The notes below the pieces were generated by a model, which was not told where the DNA came from, made no database searches, and saw only the letters and a program-made list of their open reading frames with translations. Source: Octopus vulgaris (Eukaryota). Taken from it: a stretch of 64,000 nt of DNA. This document shows positions 24,216 to 37,095 of this stretch, piece by piece. The translations under genes were made by a program, and so were the position numbers. Numbering within the stretch: the stretch's first letter is position 1; the number at the start of each line of letters is the position of its first letter. The stretch covers positions 96,658,001-96,722,000 of the forward strand of contig OX597820.1 in assembly GCA_951406725.2 (NCBI GenBank), read 5' to 3'.

Positions 24216-24539
24216 CATCTCATTAATGATGCAGAATTAGGTGCGATGACTGTGCCCGTTACCGACCCATTTATTCGAAGGTAATATTGCTTGACATAAA
24301 AAAAAAAGTTGTTGCTTTTGTAACGTTAGTGAAATATGTGTCTTGCACTTTCTGGGTGCAAGCTATGTGCAATCACTTTCCGTTGCTTTAATAATCCAGA
24401 TTCTACCAGTCAGAAACAACAAGACGCAAACGTAAAAAATATATATCTACTTTATTCTCTTATGACAGTAACAAATAAGTGGTATATCTGGTTCCGCTTG
24501 GTATGGATGTGTCAGAGCTGAACTTTATCGCTGTAGAAT

Positions 24540-24870
24540 TTACAGTGTTCAAATGCAAACAACACTGCCAAGATGGCGTCCGATTAGGGAGAGAAAATGA
24601 TGTGGTCGGCAACAAATCCTGGTTAAAAGTCTTCGGCCGTTACTGCTATAGGAAATATCTGGACAGAGAGAATTACACGTCTTGTGCCTTCAGTCGATGT
24701 GTCTCAAGTCACTGCCTACTGGGCGCTGGTGGTCAACGTCCTACGCTCCCCTTGCCTCGCGGCTAAACTGCCACGTAGGCAAATGGTCCCTCTTCCGGTG
24801 GTGAAAGCACCAACCCCGCACGCGCGAAACAGAAATGGACGGTGCGCGCGCGCGCCGTTGTACAGGATCA
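24540..24870. promoter_or_regulatory. CpG/GC-rich non-repeat island, candidate promoter
   Basis: YY1-type CAAGATGGCG (24569), ETS-type CTTCCGGT (24792), (GC)6 run (24844); CpG-dense against AT-rich flanks. Confidence 0.4.
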
Positions 24871-25045
24871 CTACACTTTCTAGAGCAACTATATTCCTTA
24901 TAGTAAAAAATCTTTTGAGAATCGCACCTGAATTTTTGTGGCCATTTATGTATCAAGAAATCCATCGCCTCCAGTCTTAATTCATATATATTTGTGTAGA
25001 ACTACTTACATTCGTTTTTATACGTAAAACGTCACCTTTTTCAAG

Positions 25046-25338
25046 CCTAGCCAGGCTCATGGGCCTGGTTCTCCGGTTTCTGTGGCGTATGTGTTCCCCC
25101 CAGCTGGACGAGACGCCTGTCCATCGCAGCGTTACTCAAGAAACAGGAAGAGAAAGTGAGAGAAAGTTGTGGCGAAAGAGTACAACAGGGGTCACCACCA
25201 CTCACTGCCGGAGACTCGTGGAGCTTTTTCAGGTGTTTTCGCTCAATAAACACACACAACGCCCAGTCTGGGAATCGAAACCGCGATCCTCCGACCGCGT
25301 GTCCGCTGCCCTAATCTACTGGGCCATTGCGCCTCCAC
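25046..25338 (-). mobile_element. SINE family E variant with an alternative 3' tail
   Basis: Same head and body as 21848, then tail ...GGCCCATGAGCCTGGCTAGG. Confidence 0.85.
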
Positions 25339-26161
25339 ATTCGCTTTTATATCTATAGCTTAAAGGCAGACCTAATAATTTCCTGTATTAGAAAAGAAAG
25401 ATCTGTATATGTGATGCTTTTTTTAACTATGTTGAGGTTATGCTTTCGTCAGGAAAGATGATCCTACCAGTCATTATCATTGTTCTTTGATGATGATGAT
25501 GATGATGAAGAGGATGATGATGTTTTCTAATATTCAAATAACGATTTCTAATTGTTTCCGATTTAGACACAAGACCAGCAATTTTGAAAAGATGGGCTGA
25601 TCGATATCAATGATCTCACTACTTCACTAGTTCTTTCTCTAATGTGATGAAAAGCAAAGTTGACCTCAGCGGGATTTGAACTCTGCATGTAAAGTGCGGG
25701 AGCAAATGCTGCAGGGCATTTTACCGATGCTCTAACGATTCTCCTAATTCACATGCACACGGCCAGAAAGTACTGCAGGAACAGCTAATTTTGTCGATAT
25801 GTTTTTGAACCAGATCGGACGATCTCGGTATAGTTTTGAACTCAGACCGTAAAGGGGCATAACTAAGTGCCGCAAGATTTTTTTTTTCGAAATAGCACAC
25901 GTAGGGAAAATAACTGTGCAAGGGAGATAACTGTATTACATCTGCTAGGGGAAAGAACTCTTTGTTTAAGTTTTAAAGCAAATTAATATTAATGATGTAA
26001 TGGTATATTGATTTTTTATAGTTAATTATAGTAATTATCATCTGATAATTTTTAAGTGACTTTTATTTCTGGCCAAAATATTAAATAAATCGATTTTCTT
26101 TTATTCTATATCGTTAACCTTATTAGATAACTTTTATCTTCTTTTTATACATTGTCTAGCT

Positions 26162-26416
26162 CAGTGTCTCTCAACAATTTTTTATCTATGGAGCCACTTT
26201 AATCACCATTTTACTCGGTCGGGCCATCCGTGCTATTCGAAGTTTTAAAAATCCCATTGTATTTTTATAATTAAATATTATTTGGAATTGTATAAAAATA
26301 ATTATTAAAATATTTCGTACATTGCAGAAGCATAAACCACATTATTGCAGATAAGTTTTAACAACAAAATCTTAAGTGGACCCCAAGGGCTATATGGACC
26401 CAGTTGAAAATCACTG
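26162..26416. mobile_element. hAT-type MITE
   Basis: TIRs CAGTGTCTCTCAAC/GTTGAAAATCACTG; 8-bp TSD GTCTAGCT/GTCTAGTT. Confidence 0.8.
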
Positions 26417-26529
26417 GTCTAGTTTGTTTCTTATTCTTATTCATGGATATATATTCCCATATCATTGTTTCTACATTCGTGTATATTACAAATGCTGTTT
26501 AAAATGGCTTGTGTATTCCAATGATTCCG

Positions 26530-29500
26530 AGAGTGATACCGTCTGGTGTCTTAGACTTCTGGTAGGGCCACCCATGGCGGCAAGGTCGAGGAGGCTGTCC
26601 CAGGCTAAAGATGGACAAACACCAACATCAAGACCCCAACAGTGAAGCAAGTGGAGGAGGGCTATCTCATTCCCCCAATGATTGACTCTGGCGGAAGAAG
26701 GCAACGCCTGACGGGCAGGCGGGACAAAGGCAAGATAGACTCCAGCAGCTCGCTCCAACCAACCGCATCAAGACTGCACGTTTCGATTCTTGAGCCGTAG
26801 TGAAGAAGTTTCTGGCCAAGTGCTTGCGCGTGGCCGTCGCGCAGCCACGATCACTTCAAGCAATTTACTCAGCGAATGGCTTCGTCTTTCTAATCTGTCT
26901 CAAAAAGCCCAATGTCGATGGTATCGTGGGCACCGGAGGTAGGTCTGGAAAGCTGGTAGCCTTTAGTCAGTGAACACACATTGGCGGCGTATCTCAGATG
27001 GTCGTCCTCCAATGAATAGCCGTTGCATTGGAGTTTGGCAGCTAAACTCGTGACTGAGCTGGCCTCTTTAGAATCACCGCAGCCTACCCCTCAAGCGGAA
27101 GCCCTTAGAAAAGGAGAAGTAAACATCGGATATGGTAACTCGATCTGGCCAGCATACCGCAGCTAGTGGACCTCCCACTTAGCGGTCAGAACTCTACCAA
27201 ATACTCTGTTTCACAACCTCTCACATTCGGAGCCTGGAACATCTGCTCTCTCCAGGACAAGAGTGACATTAATCGACCAGAGCGACGTACAGCCCTCGTC
27301 TGCAAGGAACTTGCTCACTTCAACATCGATGTGGCAGCTTTAAGGCAGCATCAGAGAAGCTAGCTCCAAATATGTTGTTGTTTGTTCCTTCTCGAGCCAT
27401 GCCTGGCTCATAAGGGCCGGTTTCCCCGTCTCTTGGCGGGACGCCGGTCCGTCGCAGGTGAGCTGCTAGGTGCAGGAGGAAAGGGTGAGAGAAAGTTGTG
27501 GCGAAAGAAGTTCGCCATTACTTTCTGCAGGAGCCGCGTGGAGCTTAGGTGTTTCGCTCATAAACATACACATCGCCCGGCCTGAGATTCGAACCCGCGA
27601 GTCCGCTGCTCTAACCACTAAGCCATGTGCCTCCACAGCTCCAAATATCCCATCTTTTGGAAGGGGAAGAATCCTAATGAACCACGCATCCATGGAGTTG
27701 GCCTTGTTATCAAAACGCAACTCGTGGACCAACTCAGACTCGTCCCAACTGCCGTCAGTGAGCGCCTGATGACAGTTTGGATCCCACTCATTCGGGACAG
27801 ATTCCTTACGCTGATCTCTATGTACGCCCCTCTCTTCACATCTGAAGACGACATCAAGGCTTCGTTCTACAACCTACTGGACCGCACCATCCAGACAGTC
27901 CCCGCGCATGACAAACTCGTTAGGGGACTTTAACGGCAGAGTCGGCAGTGACCATTGTGTGTGGAATGGCATTCTTGGTCATCATGGCATTAGGAAATGC
28001 AATGCCAATGACCAGCTCCTCCTGGGTCTTTGCACCAAGCATGAACTCGTCATCACCAACTCCCTATTTCGTCTCCCTACCCGACAAAAACGACCTGGAA
28101 ACACCCACGGTCTAAACACTGGCACATCCTTGGCTACGTTCTGACAAGATCCAGGGACAGATGAGATGTACGCATCACCCGCTCCATGCCTAGTGCAGAT
28201 GACGCCTTCTTATTTGTCGCCTTGACATCAAGATCCGCTGCCCACCAAAGCGGGTCTCAGCAAACATCCCTTGCCGACGCTTCGACTGCGCCAAACTCCG
28301 GAAATCACAGGCATTTCAAGACTTCAGGCAATCCATTGAAAGACACCTGATGGACCTCCCAGAACCAACCTCCAGTGAGGATCGCTGGACCAGCTTTCGC
28401 AAAGCCATGACCGCTGCCGCCAAGGAAACAATCGGCTTTGCCTGAAAGAAGGACCAAGACTGGTTTGACGAGAACGATGAAACCATCATCAGTCTTATCG
28501 AAGCCAAACTCCGGATGCACCTAGCCCTCGAGAACCATGCCAATGCAGAGAACAAACGAAAACACCAGTAAGCATCAGTGGAATGACAGCGAGGAATTCG
28601 AGAAGCTCAGAACATGTGTTGACAGAGAAAAGCAGAGGAGATGCAAAACTATGCGGACCAATGAGACTTGCGCAGCTTTTATGCCGCAACCAAAGAGATC
28701 TTCGGCTCCACATGGTCATCAGTGGGCGGCCTGAAGAACGCAGCTAACTCTACGATAACCGACACCCTGGGAATCTTCGATCGTTAGAAGTCCCATTTCG
28801 AGTGCCTACTTAGCGACCACTCACACACTCCTGACGATCTCCTCAAAAATACCCCACAGCTTCCCAACAGCCGTTGGATGTCACTGCCGCCTTCACACTA
28901 TGAGTTGAACAAGGCACTTGCGCGCATGACGCTAGGGAAAGCTCCAGGACCAAACAACATCCCGTTTGAGTTTTTCATGCACAGAGGTTCTGAGCTGAGA
29001 AATCATCTGATGCTTCTTATCCTCAAGATCAGGGAAAGAAAGACTCTCCCGAACGACTTCTGCGATGCAACTATCATCACCATCGACAAGAAGGGAGACC
29101 GAGAGGATTGCAACAGCTATCAGGACGTCTCCCTCCTGAGTATTGCAAGTAAGATCTTTGCCCGTATCCTACTCTTCATCCTCGCTCAAGAGTCCTCCCT
29201 GAGCCCCAGTGTGACTTTCGACCCTTTCGAAGCACAATCGACATGATCTTTTGTGCCCGTCAACTCCAGGAGAAATGTCAGGAACAACAGCCTGCAATAT
29301 TCATCTTCTGGGACTTAAATAAAGCCTTTGACAAGGTCCCCAGTCCTGCAATGTGGGCCGTCCTTGTCCGATATGGATGTCCGAAGGACTTCATTGCCCT
29401 GGTCCGCTCCCTTCTCGACGGCATGGTGGATACGGTGTGCCATCAAAATGCCCTCACAGACCTGTTTCCTACCACTAGGGTTCTTAAGCAAGGATGCGTC

Positions 29501-30670
29501 CTGGCACCAACCTATTTCTCTTTGTACATGGCCGCCATGTTCAACGAAATCCCACTAGGCTCGCCTTCCATCAACATGCGCTATCGCTTGGATGGTGGAC
29601 TCCTCAATTTCGCACGTCTCCGTGCAAAGACGAGGACCTCCGCAATCTCAGTCCGTGAGATGCAGTATGCCGACGACAGTGCCACTCCGAGCTGGACCAC
29701 ATATGGCATACAAAGGGCCGCCGATCTTTACAACGTGACTTACGAACGCTTCGGGATGGAGGTAAACACATTAAAGACCAAAATACTGATCCAACCTGCA
29801 CCAGGCCAGAACAGTCCACCCACAAACATTAGCATCAACGGCCAAACCCTAGAAGAAGTTGAACACTTCACATACCTTGGAAGTATCCTTTCGAAGACGC
29901 CTACGTGTGAAAAGGGCGTGGAGAACCCGATTGGGGCGGCGCACTCCGCCTTCGGCAGACTCGGCCATCGTGTATTCTTCAATCATGCGCTGACCAACCG
30001 GACAAAGATCATGGTCTTCCGTGGCATTGTCCTGTCAACTCTACTCTACGTTTGTGAGACTTGGACGTTATACCGCCGTGACTTCAAGCGACTTGAATGC
30101 TTCCAGCAATCGAAGCTACGATAGATCCTCAACATACAATGGGAAGATCACGTTACCAACAACCAGATTCTTTGCCGCACCTCACTACCAAGTGTCAAAG
30201 CCACCATTCTTCGCCATCGTCTCCGCTGGGCAGGTCACGTCCAGCGTATGGCGCCCTCCCGTCTCCCAAGGATCATGCTCTACGGAGAACTTGCAATCGG
30301 AGCAAGACCCAGAGGAGGTCCGAAATTCCGTTTTAAAGACCAGCTCAAACGGAACTTGGTTCAAGCTAACATCCAGCCATCCTCATGGGAACATATTGCC
30401 ATGGATTGGACAGTCTGGAGGGCTGCTATCCGCAATGGAGCCAGCTCCTTCGAGCAGAACAGACAACAGAATGAGGAGACAAAACGCAGAAGAAAGGAGA
30501 ATTTTCAACATCTTCGACCTGTACCGACAATCCCATGCGAGTTCTGCCCACAACTCTTTCACCAACGACTTGGACTCCAAGGTCACTTTCGGCACAAAGA
30601 TCAGCCGAGGAGACTGGACGGAAACTGACGAACCCAATGCTCGGATACGAGCTGAAGCGGACTAGTAGGC
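26530..30670 (+). mobile_element. Near full-length decayed RTE (BovB-like) LINE: 5'UTR, APE endonuclease, RT, C-terminal C2H2 finger
   Basis: [115 protein letters not shown]; many frameshifts. Confidence 0.93.
27374..27636 (-). mobile_element. SINE family E variant nested in the RTE endonuclease region
   Basis: 12-bp TSD AGCTCCAAATAT at 27362-27373 and 27637-27648. Confidence 0.9.
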
Positions 30671-30674
30671 AAGT

Positions 30675-32702
30675 GCTATCTTTCGCTGCACAGCTGAAAG
30701 TCCTATGTGCAGCAATACATTGTGGGCATGGCGCTTTACAAGCAATAGTCACTGAACTTCAGCATCATTTTCATCAAACCAGCCTCTATATCTAGCAGTA
30801 GCATATCCCAATGTTTCAGCAGCACATTGAAGAACCTGGTCTTGAAAATCTTCCCGTACTGTTGTATTTTCAATGCTGGACAAGCGAGTCTGAAGCTCTT
30901 TCCTCAACACAGCATCATATATCTTGTGGACATTCAGACGCCGAGGAATGCCAACTGGCCCTCTTCTCTCTTTCACTCTAATTATCATCCGGAACTTTGA
31001 TCGCAACAGACTGCGGTCAATTCAGCATTCCGATCCATGAAAGGACTTGACATTACAAATGTCATAGACGTCACGCTTGCGGATGATGACATAATCCAGC
31101 AAGTGCCAAACTTTAGACCTAGGATACATCCACGTTGTTGTATGATCACCTTTGTGCATAGAATGAGTGCTTGCGATGTAAAGTCCATGTTCATCACAAA
31201 GCTCCATTTTCCCTACACCAAAATGTTCTAGAGAGTTCTATGTTTGCCAATCTGTTCCAGCCCTGGCGTTGAAATCCCTCAGTAAAATGACTTTATCAGA
31301 AATTAAAATTTTCTTAAGTGTGGCTCTCAGCTGGGTATAAAACATAGTTTTATCTTCATCACAAGTCAGTGCATAGGCACTTATTACAGGACCAAATCGC
31401 CCACCTTTCAGGTGCAATCGTAGAGTCATTAAACGTTTATTTATAGGAACAGGAATCTCCTTCAACTTCATAAGGATATCAGATCAAACTGCAAAGCCAA
31501 CGACAGGCTCTCTGTACTCCTACTTCAGTTTCCCCTTCCAAAAAACTGTACATCCACCTCTTACTTCCTCAAGCTGACCATGACCTTCTATACGAGTCTC
31601 TGAAAGTGAAGATACATCAATGTTATAGCGGTTCAGTTCGCGAGCAACAAATGCAGTGCATCTTTGAGGCCTAGAATTACTCTTGTTATCGAACAGAATG
31701 CTCACAATCCAGCATGAATTGATGAAGTTCCATCCAGATTTTGTAAAAAAAAAGTCTCTTTGTTTTTCGAGTGCAGGGTGAACATCCGTCAGTCGCGCTA
31801 AACTGACGAGATATAGAGAGACAGGTAATTTTTGGTTCACCTTTTCTAGAACTTCCCCGGCCTCCGGGTGAGCAGTGCCCTTTCCAAATGGAACTGCTCA
31901 GAGTCCCATGCAGTAACCGATTCCTATCGCTGTCTTGGGCGACAAGGAGACGACTTTATATCTAGCATGGGCCGCCTACGAGCAGGTCGCAGACTACATG
32001 CTTCCAACTCGTCGGGTCAGCATGCTTCGCCATTTTCCCAACGCCACAGGACTTCCCAATAAAAATAAAATACATATATACTAAAAATAAATAAATATAT
32101 ACTAAAATATATACTGAAAATAAAATAAATATATACAGGAAAAAAAGTAACACATATGGAGCAGAGGTCAGCAATGCCTGTGCAGAGTTTTAGGTCCAAT
32201 AAGACTTGCACGATACCTCATAGACCCTCTCCACTCTATTTACATTATCCAGAGACAAGCCAGAGCGAGATGTCTGGTGCCAATATGAGTCGCAGGCTCA
32301 GGGATGTGGGAACGCCATGATCTCTAGCACAAACCAAAGATTCCCAAAATGTCCAATGCCATTCTCTGCATATCTGGTTATGTATCAGAGTGACCTTTTC
32401 CTAGATACATGCTTCAACAGAAGCTGAGGGGTGCCTCACTCCCAGTGGTCTTCTAGCACGCCAGACACCATCCCAGAATTTCTGCGTACCCGTGCTATTG
32501 CTAGATAGCCGTTGAGACTGCAGTAGGTTCATCCGACCTTTCAGCAGGTCTTGTTTTAAATCCTGCTGGGTTTCTAACAACCCGCCTCACCAGGGTAACC
32601 TGGTGGGGGTGTCGGTTTAATCACCGACAACCCGACCATGCCACAGGCTGTACCGGATTCCATGTTACCAGTAGCACTTATGAGAGCCTCATAAGTGACC
32701 AG
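30675..32702 (-). mobile_element. Second RTE LINE, 5'UTR and endonuclease only, decayed
   Basis: RPQRCTAFVARELNRYNIDVSSLSETR, RLMTLRL, DFNARAG, TTWMYPRSKVWHLLDYVI, WFDENDAEVQ; truncated where it meets the first RTE. Confidence 0.88.
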
Positions 32703-32749
32703 ACATAATATATATATATATAATGTATGTGTGTGTATGTATGTATGTA

Positions 32750-33862
32750 TTGGGTTGGTAACTAAGTTCCCGCCGTTTTTTTAAATTTTGGAATCTATTT
32801 TTATCGAGAATTCTATTTTTGAATAATTTTGGAATCTATTTTGTTTTCTTTTTTTCTAGTTAATTTTAGTTAATTTTTGTTTATTTTCAGATCATTAATA
32901 TAGAATGTCAAGTTAATAAAAACGAGCATTTTCGACACCTCCTTTTTACTTTTAATCAAGGTTCTAAGGCCGCAAAAGCTGCTCGCAACATTTGTGCTGT
33001 ATATGGAAAGGGTGCCATAGCTGAAAGAACTGTTTGTAATTTTGTATGCCGAGTTCAAAAATGGAAATTTTGACCTCAAAGACGCACCTTGTTCTGGCCG
33101 TCCAGTTGAGTTCGATGAAGAGCGATTAAATCAACTTTTGCACGAAAATCCTCGTCAAACAACAAGGGAACTGGCAGAGAAAATGGAATGCTCCCTCACT
33201 GCTATAGAGAAGCATCTTCACTCGATAAGAAAAGTTCAGAAGTATGGAGCATGGGTTCAGCATGCTTTAAGTGACAACAACAAAAATCAACGAGCCACAA
33301 TCTCCGCTGGTTTTCTTGCTTGTCACCGCTCAACTAATGGACACAAGCAACGATTTCTTTACTGAATCGTAACTGGCGACGAAAAATGGTACCTGTACAT
33401 CAATATAAAGCAGCGTAAGGAATGGCTTAGCCCCGGTAAACAAGCGACACCGCGCGTGAAACAAGATCTTCATCCGCGTAAAACGATGTTGTGCGTATGG
33501 TGGGACTGGGAAGGGATTATCCATTACGAATTGCTTGAACGGAAGCAAACGGTCAACGTGGAACTCTATGTTCAACAGATGGAACGACTCAACACGGCTA
33601 TTCAAGAGAAAAAACCTAATCGGCAGCATGGAGTTCTTCTGCTGCACGAGAACGCCCGCCCTCATATCGCCAATATGACCAAGGAAGCCATTCAAGCGTA
33701 TGGCTGGGAAGTGCTGCCACACCCACAGTACTCTCCTGATTTGGCACCAATGGATTTCCACCTCTTTCGATCTCTTTCAAATGCTATGCGCGGAGTTTCG
33801 TTCAGTACTGATGCAGAATTAAGAGCTTGGTTGAATCAATTTTTCGAGTCGAGATCGGGTGA
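32750..33862 (+). mobile_element. Mariner (D,D34D) transposon, 3'-truncated, transposase pseudogene from ~32900
   Basis: TA|TTGGGTTGGTAACTAAGTT end; SGRP, WVQHAL, IVTGDEKW, HENARPH, YSPDLAPMDFHLF. Confidence 0.93.
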
Positions 33863-34059
33863 TAAAAGAATAAAAGAATATATGCTCATTTTATCGACCG
33901 CCGAAAGGATGAAAGACAATGTCTCCCTTGGTGAAATTTGAATTCGATGCGTAAAGACGGACGAATTGCCTCAAAGCATTTTGCCGGCATGCTAACGATT
34001 CTGTCAGCTGGCTGCCCTTGTGTGTGTGCGTGTGTGTGTGTTTGTGTGTTTGTGTGTTT

Positions 34060-34123
<64 letters not shown>

Positions 34124-34424
34124 GTATGTATGTGTGTGTGTGCGTGTGTGCGTGTGCGTATGTGTGTGTACTCATTGACGACGCAAGCGTGCTTGACTCT
34201 AAATTATAAAGTAAGCTATGTTAAAACGAACTCTTTTTTGTTCCATTTTCCAGGATAAGGTGAATAATGTTTCGGAATCGGTGTAGCACGATAATTTAGT
34301 TTAATTCTAGAATGTTTTATCAAACGCGTGAATGCATGAAGAGACAGCAAATGCTGGTTCTTTCGAGGTATCGACAAGCTTACTGAAGGTCTGTGTCGGC
34401 AAATATTAATATAATGCGTTTAAA

Positions 34425-34750
34425 CGAGTGGTTTTTCATATGGCCCCCGAGGGTATATATATGAAGTTTGGGGGTCTGAGAAACAGAATAACAAATTGGA
34501 GATCTACAACAGTATTTTAAGGGCCCCTGAAAAAATTTTGCTTTAGATGTATGTATTGGTATGTAATTGCAAGAAACAGCTAGGTTTCTTTCTCTAACAT
34601 TTTACATAGTTCAACCTACAGAAGAGAATATGTGTAAGACAAAATAGGAAGTTTGAAAGCAGTTTCTATGAAACTAGTTTTAAAACATTGAATGGTTATG
34701 GGGTATCAAAATAAAATAGGTTCATAGATAAAAAGAAAAGTGGTTGAAAA
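34425..34750. mobile_element. hAT-type MITE; related copy in opposite orientation at 53049-53397
   Basis: Shared internal AAAATTTTGCTTTAGATGTATGTATTGG; ends resembling CAGTGGTT.TCAA. Confidence 0.7.
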
Positions 34751-34804
34751 AATCAGGTTAAAACGGTGAATATATTTTACGTCACGAAAATGAAGAGAGG
34801 CCTA

Positions 34805-35385
34805 AGATTTCGAGTAGTTCTCCATCGAGATTTCCCGAGGATGTCGTCTCTCTTGCTCACCACTTATATCCTATAGAACTCCATTGTGGAACTTCCACCG
34901 ACCGCATTACCCGACTGGCAGAGGGCTGTGAGCGTTTACTGACACACCAGATGCCTAGCGCCCTTTCTCGGTCTACGCTTGATCCAGTACTGTAATTCCG
35001 TAAATGAGACGAGCTGCGGAAAGTCCTGTCTGACAAATAGCGACCACACCTGCTCACCGTCATGGAAACGTTGAAGATGGTGCAGCCTCAAGCACATGTC
35101 TTTGCATCATTAGCTACATCATGCCCAGTCCTCCACTCAGTGGTTGCTGACAGTCCTCCACTCAGTGGTTGCTGACGAGCGGAAACGTTCCTTCAACTGA
35201 AAGTAGAAGAGCAAGCGCTCCAGCTTGATCAGTCACGAAGCAGGGCAAGGGACGACCGTCAGGCAGTATTTGATAACAGCTGCGATGTATGTATTCGCCA
35301 CCTCCGCCCGACCCTTCAAGGACAGCTTCCTTTCTGCCCGTTTCTGGTTGAGATGGGCCATCCTACTCGTCACCTCCTTCAAGAT
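34805..35385 (-). mobile_element. L1/Tx1-type ORF2 fragment (post-RT region), decayed
   Basis: Manual translation: RKLSLKGRAEVANTYI..YCLTVVPCP..KLERLLF..PLSGGLGM; contains a 25-bp tandem duplication at 35126-35175. Confidence 0.75.
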
Positions 35386-35788
35386 CGTTGTTGCTTATGT
35401 TGTCTGCGGGTTTTCTTTTTTCTTTTTTTTTTTTTTGCTCACTGATTTTTGTGTCAATGGTCATTTAGGCATTTAGGGAAGTGAGTGATGGGAGAGGAAG
35501 AAAACCTTTTTAGGAAGTCTGGTAGAAGGAACGATTCTCCCGCCTCGATGCTTTCATGATGGCTGTTGATGACTCCATCTTGCATACGTATTTTTTAAAA
35601 AGTGGACGGCTATTTTATGAAGACAGAAATTACACCCTCTATGGGGCAAAAACCATGGAACACCACCCAAGACATTGTTGGCGTTCTTATTAACAAATTA
35701 GGACAAAAAATTAGCACATAAATTGTTAACAAAGTGGTGAACACGAAAACCACGAAGCGTGTTAAAAATTACGTCAGTAGTACTCCGC

Positions 35789-35791
<3 letters not shown>

Positions 35792-35821
<30 letters not shown>

Positions 35822-35856
35822 AAGAAGAAGAAGAAGAAGAAGAAGAAGAAGAAGAA
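35792..35856. repeat. (GAA)n microsatellite
   Basis: Pure trinucleotide run. Confidence 0.95.
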
Positions 35857-36017
35857 GGCGTGTTGTTATTAACCAGGTATGACGTCAAATCATTCACCAT
35901 ATCCAGGTATGTAGAAATTAGACATTTTTTTCAAACGTCAGTCAATGCTTTACGGATTTTTGACCATGTTAATTTATGTAATCTATTATATTACTATTAA
36001 CAATACACGCACATATA

Positions 36018-36063
<46 letters not shown>

Positions 36064-36114
36064 ACATATATATGTATTCACAGACACATGCATATATGTA
36101 TGTATGTATGTATG

Positions 36115-36176
<62 letters not shown>

Positions 36177-36285
36177 TATATACTTATTCTGCAGGAGTCT
36201 TTTTATCTACCCGCTGAGTTACAGGGATGATGGTAGAGGACACACACACACACACACACACACACTTCTCTGCGAGTGTGTGTGT

Positions 36286-36323
<38 letters not shown>

Positions 36324-36552
36324 ATGTGTGTGTGTAGGGGGAGGGGAGCTTGAATGCAAGTAAGCATGTCTCTATGCGTGCATTAGTGTACATATGCGTC
36401 TCTGAGGATACATCCTGCATACGTACACGTGTATATATGTTGATATGTGCGTGAGTAATTTCCTAACGTCATAATGTTATAGTCCGGTTTTATTTTAATC
36501 ACAAACATCGTGGGAATATTTTAATCAGAGAGAACAAGGAAAAGAGAAAGAC

Positions 36553-36589
<37 letters not shown>

Positions 36590-37095
36590 GAGAGAGAGAG
36601 GAGAGAGGGAGAGGTGGGAGAGAGCATTATTTCATTGTAAGAAATGCCTTCAGGTTGATTATTTCTCCAGTAACGCCAACAGCAATTTATTACACAGACG
36701 TATAATTTGACCTCATCAAACAAATTAACGAATAAATCCTACGTAACTTTAGGCAATTAAAACTTTTGTATGCAGTAGATTAAGTTGAAACAATTTTTTT
36801 CTATTGTATCTTTCACAGTTAAGATTCTTTATTGGAATATTAATCACTATCAGTATTTGAGTGGTATTTTATTTTATTGACCTTGAAGAATGATAGGCCA
36901 CCTTGACCTCAACAGGATTGGAACCCCAGAATGTAAATGTACAGCACAAATTTTTTATCACTATAAACAAACTATTAGTGCAGATTGTTCAGCAAAAAAA
37001 TTGCAGAAAGCCTTTCTAGGACTACGAGAGACTGCTATCGTATCTTTCACATGTAAAAAAAAAAAAAATAGGCGGCGGGGAGAGAGAAAAGTCTT

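Noticed and set aside
26810-26885. Possible HDV-like ribozyme in the RTE 5'UTR (ends GCGAATGGC)
   Set aside because: Could not assign P1-P4 pairings by eye
35768-35945. Cluster of CRE-like motifs including TGACGTCA at 35880
   Set aside because: Short motifs expected by chance; no other promoter evidence
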